Source of the DNA: a virus
Taxonomy: Duplodnaviria; Heunggongvirae; Uroviricota; Caudoviricetes
IMG/VR virus record: IMGVR_UViG_3300031884_000008
Direction: 5' to 3' (one strand)
DNA length: 64,000 bases
This document shows positions 30,031 to 40,847 of the stretch, in pieces (position 1 is the first letter of the stretch; each line of letters opens with the position of its first letter). A program made the position numbers and the translations under genes. The notes below the pieces were generated by a model, which was given only the letters and a program-made list of their open reading frames with translations, ran no database searches and was not told the origin of the DNA.

Positions 30031-32958
30031 ATGGCTGATTCAGGAAAACAAAGTCCCTTAGGTGTTAATGTACTGGGATCGCTGCTAGCTAACGCCGGCT
30101 TCGTCATCAATCCAGTAGCACAATCTTATATGGGAATCAGTAGGACTAATGCCGGATACGCATTTGGTAGTATACTGAATAATACAGTACTGCATCTACT
30201 CACGTGGGCAATAAATGACGGATATGTTCGCGGTTGGTTTCCGGGAACAACGTTAACTACGACAACATATAACAATCTTATATCTATTGGTGCTGACACT
30301 ATTCCTGCTCTAGGCAACTCGATGCCACCTACATATACTGTAACGGATCCTGCTGGTGTGTGGACTAATGCTGCACAAGCATACGGTTTACAGACCACAG
30401 GAAGTGCAGTTCTTCCTGGCCCTGCTACATCTGGTTATGGTAACTATAGTAATTCAATAGGAGATCCGCTTGAGGGGTATGGTGTTGTAGATCAACAACA
30501 AAATGCAACATGGTACCCTTATAATACAACTAATCCTAACAATTCGATCACGCAATGGGGATATATTAGACTTCATGCATTGCAGGCATGGAATGAATTT
30601 AACTGTAATGGTACTACTGTAAACACAACTACTCCGGAATATAAAGAATTTTGTGCATCATTTTCTAGTGCAGTTTCAGCAGCCGGTACTTCAAATCAAA
30701 CGATCAGTACGGTTGTAAACTCAAATACCTTCTTAGACGGAACATACAGCAACATGGATGACCTCATGAGTGCTGATATATCTGGTGTAAATCTTTCCAC
30801 TAAGGATTTTGGTACTGATCTAGAAAATTTAGGAAAGGCTATAGACCTAAAACAGATCGAGACGTTTGGTTTACCATCCAACCTACTCAGAACAATAGGT
30901 AAAAATTCAGCAGTCACGCAAGATTTGTCTTTGGCTCTTTTGGCTGCAGGATTAACCACTAAGGAAATATCTGACATTACGGGTGGAGTAACACCAAATG
31001 TATCTAAGGCACTAGAACAGAAAATCTATGGTGCATTTTTAATCATAACAGGTGAAAATTTAGCCCATGTTTTGGCACCTCTACAATGCGTGACACAAGG
31101 ACTAAACTCCTTAGCGGATCTACTAAATCTAAAGATGTTGTTCCCTATCAGCTATTCAGCATTAACTGTTCCAATCTATAATGCTATCGCAGGAACAACC
31201 AACAGCAAAACTTACTACCTCATTTATCAAAATGGCGGCGTCAATGATGCACTAGACACTCCTGCTCTACAAGAATATGTAGGAACAATCATTCCTAGTG
31301 GTAAGCCTCCTATTTTTGATAAAGCATCTAATCCTGAAAATTATACGGAGCTTCCTAAAGGATTCGCCTCATACCTGCAGGACATTATTCCATACGATCA
31401 GGCATTAGCCGCAGGCGCATTCTCATATACGATGAGACAAATTAGAAACATTCAAAATGTTGACATACAAAAATTCGCTAAAGTAGTTAAGGGTATTGAA
31501 AATACATCTAATCTAAATTTAGTCAATGGCACCAGTAAACCTACGGATCAGACGCAGATAGATTTTGCGACTAGTGTTCAGGCGCTAGGCAGCGGCCCTA
31601 GTGGATCGCTCACGCTTTCAGACTTTTTTGGATGCATGTCGGGCCTCCCTTACCCATGGCAACTCATAGAACAGCGAATTCAAGAAGCACAAACTGATAA
31701 CTTGGCTGCAATATATCGCGGATTATTTTTAGCTGTTACATGGGATCCGGCTATAGTAACAGTTCAATATACTACATATACTGTTGGTCCTCCGGGCCCA
31801 CTCACTACATACTATCATGTTACCGGAGTAACGCTCACTCATCCAGGTGGTGGATATATTCGCGGTGATGCACCTGTGCCTACAATAACACTGTCTAACG
31901 GCGGAACCGCAGTAGCCACTGTCGAAACCGGTGAGTTTGCACAGTCAGTAGATCACGTTAATACAGGGTACGGGAGAGTAACATCAGTAACACTAACATC
32001 ATCCGGTCCGGACTCCACGTCTATTCCTACCGTAACAATCGAATGCCCACCTACTAGTACATCGGGTGGAACTAATACACCAGCCGGAACAACTGGTTGG
32101 CCGAATCCAATGAATGCGGTAGTTCAGGGATATATCGATCAGGCTAATGCGGAAATAGCTTCTATCTTAGTAAACAAACCAGATGCTGCACAACACCTGA
32201 ATGCGTACTGGAACATTTTAGGAACCCAACTAGCAAGAGAACAGCGAACTCGATACACTTATGCACCTCCTGTATCGGTCCCTAAAGACTTTTTCTTAAA
32301 CGCATATCCTAGCACACAATCGTCCTTTGTAGATTCGCTACCTCAGATGGCACTAGACACTCGCCCTCATATGGCAGCACAGACATTAGAAGCAATTTCG
32401 GACTTGTCTACGGTCGGTGGTCAAAGCCTAGTAGCGCTACTGCGCCAAGAAAGAAATCAAGCCCGCTTGCAGCAAGTTGGTATTGATTTGGATAATAGTA
32501 TTGCAGATGTTCTTCCAAATCAAATTGCGCTCACTACAAACGGAACAACATCGAATGCAGTTAATGGTATTCCAAGTTGCGGTACTGAATATACGTTCCC
32601 TGCATGGCCTTCTAATATAGACGACACTGGTAATACCATAACGCCTAAACCTGCAGGGATTTATACGTCTTCAGAAGGGTTTCAACAGATTTCAGGATCA
32701 GCACCCGGCGATATTACTCAGATTCTAAATTGTAATCCAAATCCGGTTGCCGGCACTGTCGTTCCTGCTGGCCCAGTCGTTACTCCGCCGAGCAGCGAAA
32801 TAGTCATCATCGCTCCGGCGCCCGCATATGACCCTAATAATTTGCCACCGAATTTAGATCCAAATTACACTAGTACTACGTTGCTTCCGGCCACTCCTTC
32901 TATACCCGATGCAATTGCGCAGGTTACTGCTTGTAACTGTGATTGTTGGGTCAAATAA
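30031..32958 (+). CDS. large structural protein (baseplate/fibre candidate) with Pro/Thr-rich C-terminus
   Basis: 975 aa, Thr/Asn/Gly-rich, follows the PAAR-like gene. Confidence 0.45.
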   Translation: MADSGKQSPLGVNVLGSLLANAGFVINPVAQSYMGISRTNAGYAFGSILNNTVLHLLTWAINDGYVRGWFPGTTLTTTTYNNLISIGADTIPALGNSMPPTYTVTDPAGVWTNAAQAYGLQTTGSAVLPGPATSGYGNYSNSIGDPLEGYGVVDQQQNATWYPYNTTNPNNSITQWGYIRLHALQAWNEFNCNGTTVNTTTPEYKEFCASFSSAVSAAGTSNQTISTVVNSNTFLDGTYSNMDDLMSADISGVNLSTKDFGTDLENLGKAIDLKQIETFGLPSNLLRTIGKNSAVTQDLSLALLAAGLTTKEISDITGGVTPNVSKALEQKIYGAFLIITGENLAHVLAPLQCVTQGLNSLADLLNLKMLFPISYSALTVPIYNAIAGTTNSKTYYLIYQNGGVNDALDTPALQEYVGTIIPSGKPPIFDKASNPENYTELPKGFASYLQDIIPYDQALAAGAFSYTMRQIRNIQNVDIQKFAKVVKGIENTSNLNLVNGTSKPTDQTQIDFATSVQALGSGPSGSLTLSDFFGCMSGLPYPWQLIEQRIQEAQTDNLAAIYRGLFLAVTWDPAIVTVQYTTYTVGPPGPLTTYYHVTGVTLTHPGGGYIRGDAPVPTITLSNGGTAVATVETGEFAQSVDHVNTGYGRVTSVTLTSSGPDSTSIPTVTIECPPTSTSGGTNTPAGTTGWPNPMNAVVQGYIDQANAEIASILVNKPDAAQHLNAYWNILGTQLAREQRTRYTYAPPVSVPKDFFLNAYPSTQSSFVDSLPQMALDTRPHMAAQTLEAISDLSTVGGQSLVALLRQERNQARLQQVGIDLDNSIADVLPNQIALTTNGTTSNAVNGIPSCGTEYTFPAWPSNIDDTGNTITPKPAGIYTSSEGFQQISGSAPGDITQILNCNPNPVAGTVVPAGPVVTPPSSEIVIIAPAPAYDPNNLPPNLDPNYTSTTLLPATPSIPDAIAQVTACNCDCWVK

Positions 32959-33015
32959 AATAGTTTGACATCATAGTTCATGTTTGTTATTTACGTATAA
33001 CAACGGAGTACAATC

Positions 33016-33288
33016 ATGTGGACACTCGCTAAGGTCAAGAACGGGTTTCATGACCTCCCCAACGAACGCTTTCATACGTTCGTCATTAAAAATGACGGAG
33101 AAATCGTAGGCGAACTTAAGTTCGACCGTGCCCGATGGAAGTCTGCCGGCGGTCCCGCATGGAAGGGTACTCTGTTCAAGACTTCTCTGCACAACAGAAC
33201 TATGTCTTCTGGATGCACCGGTGTCACGTATTACAGCAAGAAGAAGGAAGACGTGCTTACCTGGTTTAAGACCGGTGAGGTTCGATAA
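33016..33288 (+). CDS. hypothetical protein
   Basis: ORF with RBS (ggag) upstream. Confidence 0.35.
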   Translation: MWTLAKVKNGFHDLPNERFHTFVIKNDGEIVGELKFDRARWKSAGGPAWKGTLFKTSLHNRTMSSGCTGVTYYSKKKEDVLTWFKTGEVR

Positions 33289-33494
33289 TGGTTGTTAAAC
33301 CTCGATCACGTACTAAATCTCGATCTGCTCGAATTAAAGATTCTGAAAAGAAACTTAAAAAGATACACGAAGAGGTAACTGTTATTTGGCGCAATGCACC
33401 TAACCAAGCTGAAAAAATGGTGCTGCTTGATATACTTTCCGGATTGGATCATGCTATGTCAGCTATAAAATCCCACAAGGAAATTTCCAACTAA
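33288..33494 (+). CDS. hypothetical basic protein
   Basis: Coupled ORF. Confidence 0.3.
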   Translation: MVVKPRSRTKSRSARIKDSEKKLKKIHEEVTVIWRNAPNQAEKMVLLDILSGLDHAMSAIKSHKEISN

Positions 33495-33575
33495 AATATC
33501 GTTTGGTAATTTTACGGTTGACATAATCTTTTCGTGAGTTTATTGTAAGAAATAATCAATTGAGGAGATATCGAC

Positions 33576-33989
33576 GTGCTTACTCTATCTGACATCGACA
33601 ACATGTTTCCTGAAACTCGGGAAGGTTCCGTGTATTCGGATCTGTTTAAGGACGTTAACGGATTCCGCCCGCGCGCCGAACTTGCTCAATTTGCAAATCT
33701 CAATGATTTCCGAAACAGCTGGGACGCTCTAGTAATTGATTTGGAAAACCAAATGGAGCAGGATCGCAAGGCTAAGCTAGCAGCGGTAGCCCGACTCAAC
33801 AAGGATATCGAACTTCTTCGTACCTATTTCCCTCATGCTACTCAGTTGGATATGATGCGTTACCTCGCTGACGCCAACGGTTGCTACAGTGACAACCAGG
33901 GTTTCAGTTACTATGATTGGGAATTTTTGGACTACAAAATGGGCGTTAAGTATGGTACGTGTGAGGAATTGGCTAATGCTGAACGTTGA
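33576..33989 (+). CDS. hypothetical protein
   Basis: 137-aa ORF with GGAG RBS. Confidence 0.35.
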   Translation: MLTLSDIDNMFPETREGSVYSDLFKDVNGFRPRAELAQFANLNDFRNSWDALVIDLENQMEQDRKAKLAAVARLNKDIELLRTYFPHATQLDMMRYLADANGCYSDNQGFSYYDWEFLDYKMGVKYGTCEELANAER

Positions 33990-34283
33990 TCGATTTGCAT
34001 TTGGAGTCGGAATCCTTGGTATAATTTATTTTGGACTCCATCTGATGGTATCCTTAGTATTTCACCGCACACTAATGTAACGGAGATTTAACATGTGTGA
34101 CGAATGTGACTGTGAGCACAAGACTATGGATTTTGATGGTTCTACTACCGAAAGTAAGAATCCAACAATTCTTTTTTGGAATAGACTAGGTATGGCTGCT
34201 ATTATCTTCTCGCTCTGTATGGGCATTGGGTGCTGCACAGCAATTGCCAACCTTCATCAATAGTTATTATTTAAATAGTTAAC

Positions 34284-34290
34284 ATAAATA
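34284..34290 (+). promoter_or_regulatory. late-promoter-like ATAAATA box
   Basis: aacATAAATAtactcacatataaggagtatgtttATG. Confidence 0.4.
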
Positions 34291-34314
34291 TACTCACATA
34301 TAAGGAGTATGTTT

Positions 34315-35151
34315 ATGAAAAAGTTTTTTGCAGTAGTATCAATACTGCTAATATCTCTATGTCTTTATGATACAAGCTACGCATTTACACCTCGCGCACC
34401 TTTGCCTATTGCGAGTTGTTCAGTACATGCACCTTTTGGACCGCCGCAAAGCACTAAACCAGTTCAATCTATATGCCGTCAGGCATATCTGGTTGGGTAT
34501 GACGCTAGTTCAAAAATACCAGAATACGTAGAGTGGACACTTACTCCGCAAGCTGCGTTAGGTTGTGTTGTGCGATCAAATGCATTTACCGCTGACCCAT
34601 CTATAGCAGGCGGAGCAACGCCTAACGACTATGCAGGCTCCGGTTACGATAAGGGCCACATGGCGCCCGACGGCGACCAAAGTTGGAATCAACAAGTTGA
34701 GTATGAGTCATTTCTAATGACTAATATGACACCTCAGGCTCCTTCTCTCAATCGCGGGATTTGGAAATTGTTAGAAACTTCCTTTCGTGGTTGGGCGTTC
34801 CAACAGAACCGTCCATTCACCGCAATTTCCGGAGCAATCTATGCAGCTGGAGATAAAAAGATTGGGTCCGGCGTCGTTGTGCCTCATGCGTTCTACAAGA
34901 TTGTCATTGATGATCAAACTGGAATGGTAGCAGGTTGGTATTTCCCTCATACGGCTCCGTATCCTAATTTAGGAAACGATCTAACTAAGTATCGTACATC
35001 TATTGCCGCTATTGAAAAGGAATCAGGTGTAATTGTAGCATTACCTAAGAATGCTCAGGAACTTCCGGTAGGAAAAGAATGGCCGGTTGATTTTGGTAAA
35101 CTGACTGCTTCTAAGAAGGCAGCATGTGGACCAAGTGCGAGTGTAGACTAA
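34315..35151 (+). CDS. secreted DNA/RNA non-specific endonuclease (Serratia nuclease / Endonuclease_NS family)
   Basis: Signal peptide MKKFFAVVSILLISLCLYDTSYA; catalytic GYDKGHMAPDGD (DRGH-type) motif. Confidence 0.65.
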   Translation: MKKFFAVVSILLISLCLYDTSYAFTPRAPLPIASCSVHAPFGPPQSTKPVQSICRQAYLVGYDASSKIPEYVEWTLTPQAALGCVVRSNAFTADPSIAGGATPNDYAGSGYDKGHMAPDGDQSWNQQVEYESFLMTNMTPQAPSLNRGIWKLLETSFRGWAFQQNRPFTAISGAIYAAGDKKIGSGVVVPHAFYKIVIDDQTGMVAGWYFPHTAPYPNLGNDLTKYRTSIAAIEKESGVIVALPKNAQELPVGKEWPVDFGKLTASKKAACGPSASVD

Positions 35152-35156
35152 CAAAA

Positions 35157-35190
35157 ATACAGGTGTTATTTCAATAGCACCTGTATTTTG
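35157..35190 (+). terminator. rho-independent terminator
   Basis: ATACAGGTG-loop-CACCTGTAT followed by TTTT. Confidence 0.65.
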
Positions 35191-35325
35191 CGCAATAAAT
35201 AGCTTGAGAGGTGGCTGACATGAATCTAAACAATATGGGCGCCGGACGAAAGCTGTTAAATCAAATATTAATGCAAGGTAAGTTACGGACGATGGGTTGG
35301 TCTCCGCAGCAGCAGCAAGAAACAC

Positions 35326-35637
35326 TTGCTAAACAAAAAAATCCACATAACCCTAAATCAAGGCCAACCAATCGTGAGTGATTCCGAAAGCAGACTTAAG
35401 AAATCTAAACGTAGAGCAGCGGCGAACACCGCAGCCAAGAAACAATACAGTATCGCAAAATCACATGGAATGAATCCTGATCCTAACAAAATGCATCGGT
35501 ACGCAAAAATGCATTCTTTGAATTGCGGAGATCCAAATTGTATGATGTGTGGAAATCCTCGTAAGTTTTTCAATGAAATAACTATGCAGGAGAAAAAATT
35601 TATTGATGGTGTCGATTTTGGGTACAAAGACGATTGA
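35326..35637 (+). CDS. small zinc-finger-like protein
   Basis: CGDPNCMMCGNPRKF. Confidence 0.3.
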   Translation: MLNKKIHITLNQGQPIVSDSESRLKKSKRRAAANTAAKKQYSIAKSHGMNPDPNKMHRYAKMHSLNCGDPNCMMCGNPRKFFNEITMQEKKFIDGVDFGYKDD

Positions 35638-35817
35638 CTTTACGTCTAGTCGCTGATAAATTGTAGTTATCGATACAGAGAAGGCTCTGTACGAAACTAA
35701 GAGGCTACCTGTGAATAAGAAATCAGTATATGGTTTTCTAATCGAGTTCATCAAGGGTTTTGCAGTAGTTATGGTTCCTCTTATGTTATGGTTCCTCTTA
35801 TTTGGTTCCGTGCTATC

Positions 35818-35958
35818 ATGCCCTGGATGATTAACATTCACAACGACTTCGCGATCTTCGGCGCACTGCTGGGAACCATGCTCGTTGTGATTCTTACCGC
35901 AACACTAATCATTGAATTTGTGTTCAATATTATCAAACAACCTCAATCAAAGGACTAA
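35818..35958 (+). CDS. small single-TM membrane protein (46 aa) immediately upstream of the SPFH gene (NfeD-like partner?)
   Basis: MPWMINIHNDFAIFGALLGTMLVVILTATLIIEFVF; not in ORF track (<60 aa). Confidence 0.3.
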   Translation: MPWMINIHNDFAIFGALLGTMLVVILTATLIIEFVFNIIKQPQSKD

Positions 35959-35965
35959 TCAAACT

Positions 35966-36814
35966 ATGAATAACATTAAGACGGTTCTTATCGTCGGTGC
36001 TGCCGCTGCGGCTCTTGCTGCATGTGGTCAAGTGCAACCCGGATATGTTGGCCTTAAGGTTAATCAATATGGTTCAGGTTCTGGTGTTGACCCTAATGTT
36101 CTAGGTGTCGGTACGTATTTTACCCCAATGGGAACTCAAATTATCGAGTTTCCGGTTTATACTCAGCAATATATCTACACCGCTTCTAAGAATGAAGGCA
36201 AGGCTGTCAACGAAGAATTTACGTTCAATGACAAGCAAGGTCTGAATATGGGTGCCGACATTGCTGTAAGCTATTCGGTTGACTCTAGCAAGGCTCCGGT
36301 TCTTTATCAGAAGTTCCGCTCTACTGCCGAAGGTCTTGTCGAAAATCAAATTCGTAACGAAATTCGTAACGATCTGAACGACATTGCTTCTGCCTATGCG
36401 GTCGATGAAATCTTCGGTCCTAAGAAGAAGGAACTGTTGGATAAGGTGCAGGTTGAAGTCGCTGCTCACTTCAAGCCTTACGGTCTGAACATCGAGCGTC
36501 TGACTTGGGCGAATACTATTCGTATGCCCCAATCGATTCACGATCAAATCAACCAACGTATCGCTAACGAACAGCAAGCTAAGGCTGCTGAGGCTAACGT
36601 GATCACGGTTGAAGCCAATGCTCGCTCTGCGGTTGCTAAGGCTAAGGGTGAAGCTGATGCTAACGCACTGCTTGCTCAATCGATTAAGGCTAGCCCAGAA
36701 CTCGTCAAGCTTCGTGCGATTGAAGCCTGGAAGGAAACTGGTGGTAAGATGCCGACTTATGTTGGCGCTGGGGCTGAAATCCCGATCATCGGCAATCTGA
36801 TGAAGGGTAACTAG
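35966..36814 (+). CDS. SPFH/Band-7 (stomatin/prohibitin-like) lipoprotein
   Basis: Lipobox AALAAC|GQ; SPFH core GYVGLKVNQYG... Confidence 0.65.
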   Translation: MNNIKTVLIVGAAAAALAACGQVQPGYVGLKVNQYGSGSGVDPNVLGVGTYFTPMGTQIIEFPVYTQQYIYTASKNEGKAVNEEFTFNDKQGLNMGADIAVSYSVDSSKAPVLYQKFRSTAEGLVENQIRNEIRNDLNDIASAYAVDEIFGPKKKELLDKVQVEVAAHFKPYGLNIERLTWANTIRMPQSIHDQINQRIANEQQAKAAEANVITVEANARSAVAKAKGEADANALLAQSIKASPELVKLRAIEAWKETGGKMPTYVGAGAEIPIIGNLMKGN

Positions 36815-36815
36815 T

Positions 36816-37100
36816 ATGGCCCGCATGCTATCGATGATTATCGGGCTTGCTTCTATCGTGGCGCTAGCGGGGTGTAATAAACCCGCTAGCGGTTCGTTTG
36901 TTCAGCAAGGCTCTGATACATCAAGCGATCCTTCAATCCCTGCTGATTACAAGCTAGCTAATCCATGCCCACCAGGAGTTCCTTCGGTTTACTTGCGCCC
37001 GGACGGGTCTTACGTGGTCAAGAACTCAGAAGATCATGATAACTTTATTGTGATCGCTCAGACACCAGAAGATTTCTGTAAGTCTTTCCAAAAGAACTAG
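36816..37100 (+). CDS. small lipoprotein
   Basis: MARMLSMIIGLASIVALAGC lipobox. Confidence 0.45.
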   Translation: MARMLSMIIGLASIVALAGCNKPASGSFVQQGSDTSSDPSIPADYKLANPCPPGVPSVYLRPDGSYVVKNSEDHDNFIVIAQTPEDFCKSFQKN

Positions 37101-37164
37101 TTATACATAATATGTGCTAAATACTTGACAATAAGAGGATTATTGCCATTTAGGACATAAAAAA

Positions 37165-40100
37165 ATGAAGCACGCGAAGGCTATTTTACTAGCAGTTACC
37201 GCTATAGTTTCCACACTCACACTCACAGCTTGCTTTACATCTAGACAACAAACTGCAAACGCAGAAAATATTCCAAACAATCCTGACTACAATTGGGACG
37301 TTCGTCCGATTTTGTCACAAAATTGCTTTGCTTGTCACGGGCAAGGAACACAGAAGGCTGGTCTACGGTTAGACATACAAAAAGCCGCTTACGATTCCAT
37401 ACCAGAAGACAAAACCAAACACGCTTTTGTTCCGGGTAATCCTAGTAAAAGCGAGGCATTTAAACGCATTACTTCGACTGATGCAGACTACAGAATGCCA
37501 CCTAAAGATTCTCATAAAACCCTGTCTGCACATGAAATCGCAATTATAAAGCGATGGATTGAACAAGGTGCTCACTATAAACAACACTGGGCATACATAA
37601 CACCGACAGTAGTAAAGCCAGAAAGAACTAAATGGGACAAGCAAGCTGTCAACGCCATTGATCGATATATCTATGCCAAATTAGCTACAGAAGGGTTATC
37701 TCCTTCTGCGGAAGCGGACAAAGAAACGCTTATAAATCGTGTTTATCTAGACCTAACTGGACTTCCTCCCTCGCTTCAAGAAGTAGATGCATTTATCAAT
37801 GACACCTCTCCTAATGCTTACGAGAAGATAGTAGATCATCTTTTATCATCTACCGAGTATGCAGAACGCCAAACAAATATTTGGATGGATGTTGCTCGGT
37901 ATGCAGACAGCCGCGGAGGACTAAATGACGGGGAACGAGGAATCAGTTTCCCGTATCGTGATTGGGTCATCAATGCGTTTAAACGCAACATGCCTTATGA
38001 TGAGTTTGTGACCTGGCAGCTTGCCGGCGATAAACTTAATAATGGTCATCCGACTCGTGAGCAATTACTTGCAAGTGCCTTCCTTAAAGAAGGTCGTCAA
38101 GATTCAGAGGGCGGATCAATTGATGAAGAATTTAGAACTAATTATGTCCAAGAAAGAACAGAATTAATAGGTAAAGACTTTTTGGGTCTAACCGTTGGGT
38201 GCGCCAAATGCCACAATCACAAATATGATGTGATTGCCCAATCAGATTACTATTCATTAGCTGGATTCTTTAATCAGATGGACGAGCGAGGACAAGGATC
38301 CGGTTCTCGTGGTACACCCGGCGGCGCCACAATCGAATGGCCGACTCCGCTGCAATCAAAAAGACTTGAGGCCGCCCATGCAATTACAGTAGCTAAAGAA
38401 CAAGCTTATCAAGTTGCTTTACAATCTGCGCAGATCAATAAAATAGCATTAGACACAAACCGAACAACATTTATACAATCATCTATTCAAGCAGACACAC
38501 AAGCCTATTATCCATTAGATGCAGGGTACAAAGATTCATTTGATGAACTGTACCTAGATCCGCAACCAACGGCACCTGGTGAACCTCTACCTAATCAAAA
38601 AAATAACTTTCCCGGATTAACTGCGGCTCAAGTTACTGCCATATTACAAAATAAAATTCTTGCAGATGTAAAGGTCGGTAAACCAACTCCTAGTATGACA
38701 CCTAAAGATGATTCTATGTCTCCTAAAACCATCAAGTCTTCAGATATAAAGGACCCTAAAAAAGCACCCCTTCGCCGCTCACGATTCGGCGGTATGGACG
38801 GAGACATTGCTGCAATGAAGGCGGACCCTAATCTTCCGAGAATAGCTTCTCATGAAATCGATTGGGCTATGGAACAGCTTGTAGCATCCGGATTTACTGA
38901 TGATCGTTTAGGAGACCCACAACGTATCATGAAACGTCAACTTCCACAATGGATTCATGAAGATTCACTGTTGTGGACAGATGCAGGGATTCAGGGTGAA
39001 AAGCGTGGATTTGTAAGTAATGTAAAGTTTGTTTCCGGTCACAAGGGACAGGGAATTCAACTAAAAGATTCAGTTTTTGCTGCGGACAAAAGTGTAGGTA
39101 TGTTTGAAAGAACTCAACCATACACATTAGATTTTTGGTTGAAGCTTCCAAAGAAACCATATTACGACAATACTCGTCCATTAGGACCGTCTGCATCTAT
39201 AATTTATAACAACGGCGGCATTGAAGGGCTTGGTTATGAATTAACCATGTCTAATAATAAAATGGCATATTCTATTACTCACCAAGCTCCAACCGACATG
39301 CTTAGAATTTCTACGATTCAAGATGTTCCCACAGGTCGTTGGGTTCATATAACTTCTACTTATGACGGTAACTCCAAAGCGGCTGGTATGCATCTATATT
39401 TTGATGGTGTAGAACAAAAAGCTCAAATTGATCATGACCACTTAACACGTAGCGCATTTCCGCGCGGCGGAAACAGTCAGTTTGTGAGTTATTTTGGGTT
39501 GTCTGCTGGAGTTAACTTTAATAGACCGGAATTAGTAGACGGCGCCATTGATGAGCTACGTGTGATTACACGGGCATTGACTCCTACGGAAATTACTTAT
39601 CTGCAGGATCCTGCACTACTTAAACAAGTTCCGGCACAGCAAGCAATATCTGATATGAAGTTAATTATGGCTGAACTGGATCCTGCGGTTCAACGAGCCT
39701 GGCAAGAGATGACAGATGCACGACTTGCTGAACAACGCATAGAAACTCCGATCTATCGTGTCATGGTTGCAGGAGATCAGGCTATTCCTCGTAAAAACTT
39801 CGTGTTAGATCGTGGGGTCTATAACAGCTATCTACAAGAAGTAAAACCTCAGGCACCGAACCGAGTATTTGCATGGAACGAAACTTTACCTAGAGACCGT
39901 TTGGGACTAACTGAATGGATGTTTGATCCGAAAAATCCGCTCGTTGCTAGGGTTTATGTAAACCGCATATGGCAAAATCATTTCGGTACTGGTATAGTTC
40001 AAACGGTAGATGATTTTGGTACACAAGGAACTAATCCAACTCATTCGGAACTACTTGATTACCTAGCCGTAGAGTTTATTAGGTCTGGTTGGGATATAAA

Positions 40101-40836
40101 GCACATACAAAAACTAATAGTTATGTCTGCAACTTATCGTCAAAATTCTAATATTACGCATGACGCATTAGAAAAAGATCCACGAAATTTTCTTCTAGAA
40201 CGAGGACCACGTTTTAGAATGCCAGCAGAAGTTATTCGTGATAATGCATTAGCTGCCTCTGGTCTGTTACTTAAGAAAGTGGGCGGAGATGCAGTATTCC
40301 CATATGCTCCAGATGCAATTTGGGATGGTGTAGCGCAAGGTGCGGTTATTTATCCTACAAATGAACCGGATGATCAAATGCACAGACGATCTATGTATAC
40401 CTATATAAAGCGGAACTCACCAGTAGCCAACTTAGTACCGTTTGACATGCCAGATCGCTACAATGCACAAGTTCTACGTCCAGTGTCAACTACACCTCTG
40501 CAATCATTGGTTATGTTGAATGACGTTCAATTTATGGAAGCTTATCGTAAGCTATCTGAAAGAGCAATCAAGTCTTCTGCAAATCAAGATCAACAACTGA
40601 TAACGATGTTCCGTTTGGCTGTTCGGCGCCATCCAAATGATAATGAACTATCAGTATTGAGGAAATATCGTGTTGCTGAAATTAGCAGAATGCAGAATTC
40701 CCCTGATGAAGTAAAAAAGATACTTTCTATGGGGGTTTCTCCTACCGATACTTCGATTGATCCGGCCCAACTCGCAGCAATGACTATGGTCACTGCAAGC
40801 GTCATGAATACCCCAGACGCATATACTTTGCACTAA
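37165..40836 (+). CDS. PSCyt1 (planctomycete cytochrome c) - DUF1549/PSCyt2 - LamG-like - DUF1553/PSD1 multidomain lipoprotein
   Basis: Lipobox LTAC; DVRPILSQNCFACHGQGTQKAGLRLD (PSCyt1 CxxCH); LDLTGLPPSLQEVDAFI...WMDVARYADS...PYDEFVTWQLAGD (DUF1549); TTPLQSLVMLNDVQFMEAYRKLSER (DUF1553). Confidence 0.7.
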   Translation: MKHAKAILLAVTAIVSTLTLTACFTSRQQTANAENIPNNPDYNWDVRPILSQNCFACHGQGTQKAGLRLDIQKAAYDSIPEDKTKHAFVPGNPSKSEAFKRITSTDADYRMPPKDSHKTLSAHEIAIIKRWIEQGAHYKQHWAYITPTVVKPERTKWDKQAVNAIDRYIYAKLATEGLSPSAEADKETLINRVYLDLTGLPPSLQEVDAFINDTSPNAYEKIVDHLLSSTEYAERQTNIWMDVARYADSRGGLNDGERGISFPYRDWVINAFKRNMPYDEFVTWQLAGDKLNNGHPTREQLLASAFLKEGRQDSEGGSIDEEFRTNYVQERTELIGKDFLGLTVGCAKCHNHKYDVIAQSDYYSLAGFFNQMDERGQGSGSRGTPGGATIEWPTPLQSKRLEAAHAITVAKEQAYQVALQSAQINKIALDTNRTTFIQSSIQADTQAYYPLDAGYKDSFDELYLDPQPTAPGEPLPNQKNNFPGLTAAQVTAILQNKILADVKVGKPTPSMTPKDDSMSPKTIKSSDIKDPKKAPLRRSRFGGMDGDIAAMKADPNLPRIASHEIDWAMEQLVASGFTDDRLGDPQRIMKRQLPQWIHEDSLLWTDAGIQGEKRGFVSNVKFVSGHKGQGIQLKDSVFAADKSVGMFERTQPYTLDFWLKLPKKPYYDNTRPLGPSASIIYNNGGIEGLGYELTMSNNKMAYSITHQAPTDMLRISTIQDVPTGRWVHITSTYDGNSKAAGMHLYFDGVEQKAQIDHDHLTRSAFPRGGNSQFVSYFGLSAGVNFNRPELVDGAIDELRVITRALTPTEITYLQDPALLKQVPAQQAISDMKLIMAELDPAVQRAWQEMTDARLAEQRIETPIYRVMVAGDQAIPRKNFVLDRGVYNSYLQEVKPQAPNRVFAWNETLPRDRLGLTEWMFDPKNPLVARVYVNRIWQNHFGTGIVQTVDDFGTQGTNPTHSELLDYLAVEFIRSGWDIKHIQKLIVMSATYRQNSNITHDALEKDPRNFLLERGPRFRMPAEVIRDNALAASGLLLKKVGGDAVFPYAPDAIWDGVAQGAVIYPTNEPDDQMHRRSMYTYIKRNSPVANLVPFDMPDRYNAQVLRPVSTTPLQSLVMLNDVQFMEAYRKLSERAIKSSANQDQQLITMFRLAVRRHPNDNELSVLRKYRVAEISRMQNSPDEVKKILSMGVSPTDTSIDPAQLAAMTMVTASVMNTPDAYTLH

Positions 40837-40847
40837 GAGGAATAAAC

